Shown piece after piece: positions 54,809 to 64,000 of a stretch of DNA of 64,000 nucleotides; position 1 is the first letter of the stretch, and each line of letters opens with the position of its first letter. The translations under genes and the position numbers were made by a program. The notes under the pieces were generated by a model, which was given only the letters and a program-made list of their open reading frames with translations, searched no databases and was not told where the DNA came from. The stretch comes from Lingula anatina (Eukaryota > Animalia > Brachiopoda): positions 21,204,001 to 21,268,000 of the forward strand of contig CM120641.1 in the NCBI GenBank assembly GCA_051362555.1. Direction: 5' to 3'.

Positions 54809-56485
54809 TTTTCCCAGTTGGTTCAAGAGAAAGAAAAAAATCAAGAGTACTCCAGATTTTTTAGCCGAGGAGATAAATAAGGAAAAATCACTCTGCCAAC
54901 CAATACCAAAAAATATCAACTTTGCAACTTTATTTCCTCATGCTTTGATTCTTGGTCTTTGCATCAGTTGCTACCAAAAGTCAGGTTTGACAATTCAAGA
55001 AGTATTATTTTTATTTCTTAAACAGTCAGTTTTATGCACTGTTAGTTATGACCGTAGGATCTATTTGGATATATCATATATCATTAAATTGTAATTGATT
55101 TTAGTTCTTTAACAAAATATATAATGTAATATATAATGATATGTCTATGTAGCACTTCATTAAGGAAGCACTGCTGTTTATAGATTACAGATATATACAT
55201 CCTTATTTTGTTATAAGATTAAGCAAGTTTTTTTATTTTGAAATTTGTTATGCAGCGTTGATTATTTTTCTTCTGATGCCACATATTTTGATCATGGTAG
55301 AAATTGCATGATAGCAAATTTCGTTTTCATGCTTGTTCTGTGTTTTCTGATTTACATAATTTAAACACCATACAAAGCACTGGTTTTTTGACAAATACGT
55401 CCAGCCATGTAGAAAGTTTTTTCTGTCACAGATTGACAGTGTTCAATGCAGCATTGTGTCCTTTTAAAAGGTAATGTCAACGAGCGTTTGGCATTTAAGG
55501 GCTTTAGAGTATAAAACTGCATTAATCATGTTTATCTATAAATTAAAGATATTAAAAGATGAATATTCAATATATTGCAAACAACATATGTTTGTGGGCA
55601 AATACTCAGTAGAATGCGAGAAGCAGATTTGCATATAGATTGCTTGATTGTAACCAGTACCAAACGGAGTTTTGTTTTGTTTGAATCATTTTAGTCACTG
55701 AAATTATATCTAAACCAGTGTGTATTTGTTTACTCTGACTAGGTATCTGTCCATTGTTTGATCCGTCCTTGTCTTTAAATGTCTGAACTTTTGAAGGCTT
55801 TTTTTGTACTATTATTAGTATCATTATAAATATTTAAGAAACGATTTATGCGTTTCGAGAGAAAACCATACGTATACAGGTTTTTCTGAACTATGCATTT
55901 AATGAGAATTATGCTACAGGTTATTTTTACAACTTTACACCATTTTTGTGCTTTGTAATAACAAGAAGTTTTCTTCATTAATAAAGAATTTTGCGGCCTT
56001 ACCACAGCGTTCATCGTAGATATTTTGGTCAATCTGACAGGTTAAGAATGAATTTCTTGAACAAAGAAACGATACGTCACTGACTGTTTTGATATCAAGC
56101 TAAGAAACCAAAAAAGCCACAAAATATTTAGATACTTTGTCTTGCTAAGTTGTAACTAATCTTGGTCGAAAAAACCCCAACATGGGAACAAATGAGGTGC
56201 TTGATTTACTTGTTTATTGACAGACAAAGCCTCAAATTGGTTGCTTTGCAATTTCATTTCGTGAAATTGGTTCAGCGGATGAAAATGATTTGATTTCTTA
56301 TGAGGAAATGACATTTGCTTCAATTTAATCGGCCCTGCAGTCAACATGAAGAAAAATTTCTTTATCTTGTTTACATGGACAATTTGAAGAAATACAGATG
56401 GCAACCAAAAAAATTATTTCGGTTATTTAGGCTTTTACCATATCAATTCCCGCTTGAATTTCACAATGAAAGAGAGCATAAAAAA

Positions 56486-56558
56486 CGTTTCAAAACAAAT
56501 ATTTCATTCGGATCCTAAACACTTTTTAGGATCCGAGTGAAATATTTGTTTTGAAACG
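56486..56558. repeat. Near-perfect inverted repeat (34-bp arms, 5-nt loop)
   Basis: cgtttcaaaacaaatatttcattcggatcctaaa-cactt-tttaggatccgagtgaaatatttgttttgaaacg; one T/G mismatch. Confidence 0.92.
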
Positions 56559-58284
56559 CGAGCTTTGCTTTTTATAAAAAAGAACATAGGTTTATAAGAA
56601 ACATTTTGTTGTACTAAATTTCCGTTTAAGGTGCTTATTTGCATTTTTGTAGCAATTATCTTTTTAAAGATGGCAAAGCCCAGCTTTAATTTATCGACGA
56701 CGTACTAAAGGATATAACTTGAATACTGGTATTAAATCCGCGTGCATATTGCATGTATTTAGGCTTTGTTTATTTAATTTCTTCCATTTTTCACCATATT
56801 GTGTATACGCCATGAACAAAATCAGTGAATCGTAAAGCGTCAAAGTTTTCAGTAGGTTAACATTGTTTTCTCAACTTTTTTTTCGTTTTTTAGTCAAATG
56901 CATGTTTCTACTGTAACAATCATTCATTTTTCTTACAATAAACCAACAGGAAATTGCAAGTTTTGCTGTCTGTTTCATTCTCAGCTCTCCGATTTGCTGG
57001 TGGTGAAATGTCAACGCGCCATTCCCGTTGATTGGCCATATCGTCTGCTCACTGAGAAACTAGGAAGCGCTCGGCGACGCAAAGTCTTATCTGGTGTTTG
57101 AACAGAAAGGCTTCGGTCAATAAAGAAATTAAAAAATGATGAGCCTACACTACATATGTATCATTGACGGCTGCACAAGATAGAAAACTAAATCGATTGG
57201 AAAGAGGATCGATGCGTGATTATGTCTAGGCAAATCAAGTGTCATGCGGGGTTAAAACTGAGAGTTAATCATTTAGTTGTTATTTGAAATGATACTGCTT
57301 TTATTATATTTCAGCGCGCTTCAATTATTCTCTTCTTCATACCATTCCTGTGTTCGTCTGCTGGGAATGGCTTCGAGTTGACGCAATGGACACAAAGATC
57401 CAATTAATTCTTGCCTATAGCATTTTTTTCGCTTTTAAGGAAATCGTAGAAATGCTCTTGTAAGATACCCTTTTTCACGCGATATTGCTTTGCAAAGATT
57501 ACATTAGATCGATCTTGTCTTTTTCACAGAACGCTTGACATCACTTGGCATTTTGAACAATGTTTGCTGGACCACAACTATCACGTATTATTTCATACGG
57601 ATCAGCGGAAAATTTATGACTTGTATTAATACTTAAGGCGAAATATTTCCCTTGAATTGAAAGCTTCGAGATATTTTTCAAAAATCTTTACCTATAAAAG
57701 AAGAGTTTATTTATTTCATTTTAATTTCTTTTTTTTTTTTTTCTTTTTCTTTTTTATTTTTTGGAAGGGAAGCCGCATGTAATTGTCTTTGTCGTTTTCT
57801 TAATTTTATTCATTTATGTCATATTTTTGTTCAGAGACTCTTTATCAAGAATATAGTCGAATTCGTAATTATAGTTTAAATAACATATAAACTATAATTC
57901 GTAATTATAGTTTATATTTTATTTATTTAAATATAAACAAAAATTCGATACATTATTTTTGGCCAATTTATTTGGTGACTTCTTTCGAATAAAGAAAATT
58001 CCCTAAGAATTCTCATATTAATTCAGGCAAAATATCACCACTAGGGATATCGTGCAAATATTCTAAGAGGAAGTATAGCACACTATTTTGCTTAGAAAAA
58101 TTCATAATTAATAGTTCCATTATTTTATGAACAACATTGAGGTTTTATCGCTGCGACTGCAAAATGGGGACTATGACAACAGGCTAAATGTTTATATTTA
58201 TTTCATTCACCTCAACGTATTGGTAATGTTACGTGAAAATATTTTTGCTGTCAATGTAATAATAATGAAAAATAAATTTAACCT

Positions 58285-58790
58285 AAAACCTTTGCTTTTA
58301 TTTCTCGTCCTCACCCCACGAACATGTCAAGCGTGACACGAAAAGTAAATCGTCATTACTGCAAGGATAATGATCAATACAATTTAATCGGACTCCTTGT
58401 TTTTATATTTCTACCCTAACCTTATTTTACATGTCAACCATTTATTACTGGCACTGTAATAAGAATAAATGATATATTTAAATTTGATCCCTTGTTTATA
58501 TTCCTACCGCCCCCCTCATTAGAAATACAGGAAAAAGCCCCTGTTATCACTGCGTTGCCAGTTAACGGCGATCAAAATCGGATGCTCTGTTTTTATTCTT
58601 ATTTTCGTGTAACAAGCCCGTGAGTATTATTCTGGAATCAGATTCGTTTTTTTTTTCTATTGTGCCCCACTTACGGCATGCCTGTTGCATGAGAAAGCTC
58701 TCAGCGTAACTGTAACTGTCTTAAAAGTCCATTCAAAATTAAAAGCTTGTTTTTATTTCTCCTCTCACCTCACCAACATGTCAACCGTTA
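58285..58790. repeat. Degenerate local direct repeats
   Basis: Motif similar to cttgtttttatttct....c.cacc.....acatgtcaa recurs near 58290, 58396, 58490 (partial) and 58746. Confidence 0.55.
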
Positions 58791-60803
58791 ACCCCGTCTG
58801 GCACATGTTATCATGCTACATTGTTCAGAAAACCCCTTGCTACTGTCTTTCTGAAGACGGTTTCCGGGTCCTTTCATGCTGTTCACCACACCTGAAGAAT
58901 TGTGTTGACCAACAACGAAAAGGTCATTTTCACTCCGTTTTCACTGCAAATATGCCGTTTGGAAAATCCTCATTGTAACGGTGTGGCAGAATGAGCCACG
59001 GATAGAGTCCAATGGTGTAGGGCTTTCATCCCCTTTGTGATAATAACAAAACAGAGGGCATTTAATTAATAGTGTTGTCATAACTTGCTGTAAATAAAGT
59101 TTTGTTTGGAGAAAGGCTGGGAGGGGACAGAAACATGAGCCGGCCGGGACGTGACAATGCTGCAGAACGGTGGCTTTTATTTTCACCTTTGCTGCCGTGG
59201 GGAGATGTGGACGCCTGTTTGCGTCAGGAACCCTTCCGGAGGAAATTAATCTGAATTCTTGAATACACAAACGGGGTAATTTAGCTTAACATTAGAAATG
59301 TGTCAAAACCGACATCCTTGACATGTACACTAAGTCTGGATTCATGCCACCTTTAATAAAAAATGCTGAACGTATTTTTGCCCGACAAATTGACAAATAC
59401 AAGAAAACTATTTTTTTAATTGGTGAAGAGATAATAAAGGGAAGTTTCGTGAAAATATAATACTCCTATGCCTCCGGATACCATTTCAGTCTTAGCTTTG
59501 CCTTACCTATCAACTAACAAACCAACCAGAATTTCCCCTGAAGAAATTTCCCTAGTTTGGAGATTCACGGACTGAAGCAAGAATTCGTAAACTGCATTAT
59601 ACATACTGGCGAATACACTACCAATGCAAAGACGGTATCAACTTAGGTTAACGTTACGCATTCAAGCCATTTTCTCCCCAAATTTCCATTACCAAAATTA
59701 CTGCAATATGCCCATATGAAGCGAAATAATATCTTTTGTCCATATTAATTATACAATTGCGCGGTAGGGCTACATTGCTTTTATACATTGAATACTACCA
59801 GCATTGAGAGGCAAAATTGAGTTGAACTCTTCGTTCGCCTCCCAGATGTCTTGTTCCGCTTCATCAGCTTGCTACAGGCGGCCCCAGTCTCAGTGGGAAA
59901 GTAATTGATTTTTAGATTGCCTTGATTTAATCTGTAAAGATTTTTTGATATTAACTTGTTATCGAGATTAATTGAAAATTACACGCGTTGTAGGGTTTTT
60001 ATCAGTCACCAGTATCGCACTACACTGACCCGGCAAAAAAGATGTGTTTCACCATGAGTGCCGTATTTGCACTTTATTCTCAGTTTCCTTATCAAAAATT
60101 CTGAGAGATGAATGTGTGTCAATATAGCAAACTTATCATAAAAATTGTATCCACTAGCACAATGACACCAGTATAATGTCATATTTATCCCCATAGATAT
60201 ATTGTGTCAAAAGTTGATCTCGCATAATACTGTACTACTGTGTAATATCATAAAATATTATTTAATAATGATAAAATATCATTTAATATGATTTTTATAC
60301 TCATTTCACAGTCAGTTACCCAAAATTTTCGTCTGAAAAGGTCTTCATTTAGCACTCACTGTCATTTACAGATGTTTTCCTTTTTCTTTTTAATTGTCAT
60401 AAGAACAAGTCTATATTCCACAACTTGACAAGATCCCTGATCCGGAAGTTTTCATTATTAACGTCCAACGAAACCCTGGAAAGGAAATTATGAAATTTAA
60501 TAAACAGTCTTCTCCTGTTTCCAGAATAAAATTATCATAAATTTAACTATCAAATCTAAGAAGTATATAAAGTGAAAACACATTGAAATCAATTACGTGA
60601 CGTTATAAGATGCGTAGATCTTCATTTCTTCAATGGCTATTTCTTCATATTGTGTATTTCTATTTAATATTTAGTGTATTTCTATGTAATATGTAATATA
60701 AAATATTCACGATAATATAAAATATTCACAAAAATACCATAATTTAAGCCTTCCCGATTTTTCGGAAGCTTCATATTTTTCTTATGGGCGTGCTTATAAT
60801 AAA

Positions 60804-60861
<58 letters not shown>
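60804..60861. repeat. (ATA)n microsatellite
   Basis: Directly visible run. Confidence 0.95.
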
Positions 60862-61194
60862 GAAGATTATTACAAGCACCATGGGTCTATGTATAAAAGA
60901 AGCATATATTTTCATATTTAATAAATGATGTTTTGAAAATTATTCCAGTTTCACGTGATTGTTTATGAAAGCCTTAATTAGACTCTATTTTCTCTGGTCA
61001 ATTCGTCTTTTTTAACTGTATTATAATGAAATATTTTAAATCTATTTATTTACTATATTTTTTATCATTACTCGTATTTGCATTTGCATTCTATTAGATA
61101 CTTCATGCACTGCAATAGTCATCATTTATTCTATTCTTCATATTTACAATTCTAGTCTGTTTTTTATCTATTTTGATAAAGTTTATATTATTAT

Positions 61195-61268
61195 CAGGAC
61201 GCCTTAAAGAACAGGCGGCATGTGGTTAATTGACACATTTTCATATCAGAAAATAAAGTCACTTGTCA
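61195..61268 (+). mobile_element. Possible L2/CR1-type LINE 3' end relic
   Basis: caggacgccttaaagaacaggc...ggttaattg...aaaataaag resembles the remembered 3'-terminal pattern of L2-like elements; no ORF remains. Confidence 0.3.
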
Positions 61269-64000
61269 TACATTAAATACTGATGATTAATTTCCAGCCA
61301 AAATATTAAAATCGCTCACAACTGTTTTCTGGCTTGTCCGCCATTTTCTTTCCATGTCACGTCGGCGTGGCAATCCTTTTCAGTCATTACTGAAGTGATT
61401 GACTGGGCTTATCTGAGCGTAGATACCGCCTCGCCTCGGTGAATGAGTTAATGTGTGTGAGCTACCTATCAAAGTGTGTGCCGATAGTTCAAGTCAATCT
61501 TTAAAATTACTGAAAACATTTACCCACCTATTTGCATGAGGACATGAGATCAAATACGGCCATATCTCATGTCAATAGCTAAAATGAAAATTTCAAATAT
61601 GTTCGATGAATATGCATATTTACACTGAGTGTTTGTGAATTTGTAGCAAGTAAATAGCGTGAATGAAATGTCTAAACAAATTTTATAAATATGTTAGCAA
61701 CATCGTTCAATTGTGGCAGCTTTATCAATGCGTTATGATTTACGAGCGATTCACCGCCGCACGAGGACAAATATTAATCCGAGGAAAATCAAAGATAAAA
61801 GAATATCGTTAAATACTACCATATATATTGTTAGTTTTGAGCTGGCGATCAATCATTTAAGCAGTTGACACCAAGATAAACGGTTGGATTAAAAGCAGTG
61901 GTTTTATGGAAACGCATTCAAGTGATTAAAGTCAAAAAGCTTGTGTAATCTAGTAAGGGGTCAGTCTAAAAATATTTGATTAAAGAGCTGAAGGGCGCGT
62001 CCTGCATTCAGCCCCTATATGTTGTGGTCGATGCAGGCCACCGAGCAACCTAATCGGCCGTGCAGTCAGCAAATACCAGCCTTTCATTATCCTATGATGG
62101 TTTGAGAGTTCGTGCGCTTGACCGTTCAAAGACAAGGAAAAGACCATGTTTGATCTGCGTTTGTAACAAAATTAGCGACGATTTTGTTACTTTTGCCAAA
62201 CAAGAATCACCTTTAGTTTTCGGTTGACGGCATTTATGTTTAATAATAGATAAATTTGACTATTTGAAAAAGGTTTTGTGCATCCGTTTTTTTACCGTCC
62301 TTTTCATATTCTGATTCACTCTCTTGCTAGACACCAACAGAATGTATTTCGCTTGAAACTACGAATATTATAAAGCTAAGGTCGCTTCACATGAATATCA
62401 GCATATCTTATTAGTACAAATTCGAATATTTGTTGCAATTATTTGTCCTTCTTTTATCCCTATTTTTTCTCAATATAATTTCGTGTCAGGCAAATCAAAT
62501 ACGCAGCAGGGATAACGACCTTCGCAAAAAAATCACATTTTTCACGTGCAAAAAACAAATAAATCTTCATCTCCCACATTATTGAAACAAGGCATATGCC
62601 AGGAAATGAGAAAGTTTGACTGCTATATTAATAAGCAAACTCATCTGAATTGATATATAACGACGGCAAATGAAAAGAACAATATATGGGAAAAATGATG
62701 GATTGTATTTGCACGTCCGCTTCTTCGGTGAGGTGCAAACGAGAAGTTAATTTCGCGCCAGCAGAACGCAGAAAAGCACCTAGGCAGGTAATTTGTAGTT
62801 TATGAACACCACGACAAGCACAAATCTAAAAATTTATTGCTTAATTATCCTTGTTTGTGCGGAAACGTGCTGATAAGGAAACCATATTGGTGAGATACTA
62901 AGACGCTAATTTTGTGAACTAGATTAAGCAGAGCTACGGCGATAAAAAAGAAAAAAAAAAAGACGTCGTCCTAGATGGGGATGAATAGATCCGTCTTTAT
63001 ATTTTCGAAAATGATCATTCCGAAACTCGAGATGAGACAATCTCGCTGCAAATTCAATCTCTCCTGGACTCATTTCAAGGGGCAGCATTAATTGTTTTAT
63101 TTGATTATGGTATCAGAGTCGGGTAGCTATTATAAAATTACAGCCATTCTTATTAGATTATCAGCTTTAATCTTGGAACAGAACAGACCGATATCTTGTT
63201 ATTGGGATGTTTCATATTAGTCTATCGACAAAACGTTAAAAGGATCAGAAAATTAAGACATGAAACGATGAATAGAACGTACGGATTTCACTGCTGTGAG
63301 TTCGTCCCCAAAGACCTGCTTTCGCTGTGTGGCGAGGATGTCGAAAGTGAATAGAAACAATGCGTAGATCTGTCAAGAATATACCGCATTCATATCAAGA
63401 AAGTTTTTAGCGGAAAATGCGAAAAGAAAATCAATTACCATTAAACAATTGCGCTTGGTTTGTGGAAATCTACAGAGAGGAAACTTTGTAATAGTGGCGC
63501 TAGTGAAGCTAAAAGCACATTCATTTAATTTTGATTCCAAACTTATTCAATCTTAGATCAATGAACCTTTTTTTGATTCGGAGACATTCTCGGGGCACTG
63601 GCATCTCGGGGATCGTTCACCTTGATTGCAGTGAGGTTACTGATGAAAATACCACTTACCACAAAGAGAATTGTGAAATGTGGCATACTATCCGTAAATT
63701 CAACTGAAGGACGGTTTTGAGCACGACCAATTTCCGTCATGATTCTTAAATAAGCATTTAAAAACCTAATGCATATTTTTGACAATTATGTTCTAAGTAG
63801 AATATCGATGGTAAATGGATTTAAATTCTCACCTTTTTCTGACATTTTATATTAAATTGTGTAACCCTCCCTTTTTAATGTACATACAAAAAAAGGGACA
63901 CAAAACAACCCCCCCCCCCCCAAAAAAAAAAAAAAGCATGAAATAAACCTTAGATAAAGCAGAGGTCTTTATGCCCTTGTGGTAAAGTAGGTTTATCAAT

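Noticed and set aside
60682-60915. Poly-Tyr ORF (also the ORFs at 45983-46192 and 15962-16165)
   Set aside because: These are translations of microsatellites.

Overview
AT-rich, intron-rich invertebrate animal DNA, probably lophotrochozoan/mollusc-like (inference from gene style only). Four gene loci could be modelled by hand. (1) The 3' part of GCN2/EIF2AK4 on +, 37 exons to a stop at 16479, covering the pseudokinase, kinase and HisRS-like domains. (2) An intronless, disabled GT61/DUF563 glycosyltransferase at ~19.2-20.6 kb. (3) A 3-exon minus-strand gene (~756 aa) with a signal peptide, 15-aa acidic/Thr repeats, an SMB and Cys-rich receptor-type ectodomain and a GPI-like tail, bracketed by two copies of the same Tc1/mariner-type MITE. 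(4) A complete 12-exon MIPOL1 gene (31720-54808), whose 13-kb intron carries a decayed minus-strand LRR/Toll-like receptor relic and a block of enhancer-like sequence. The rest is MITEs (two with 5-bp TSDs), transposase and LINE relics, microsatellites, a 34-bp hairpin and a gene-free CpG-rich tail from ~55.8 to 64 kb. No rRNA, tRNA or CRISPR array was seen. All assignments come from manual translation and remembered family motifs; no database search was run.
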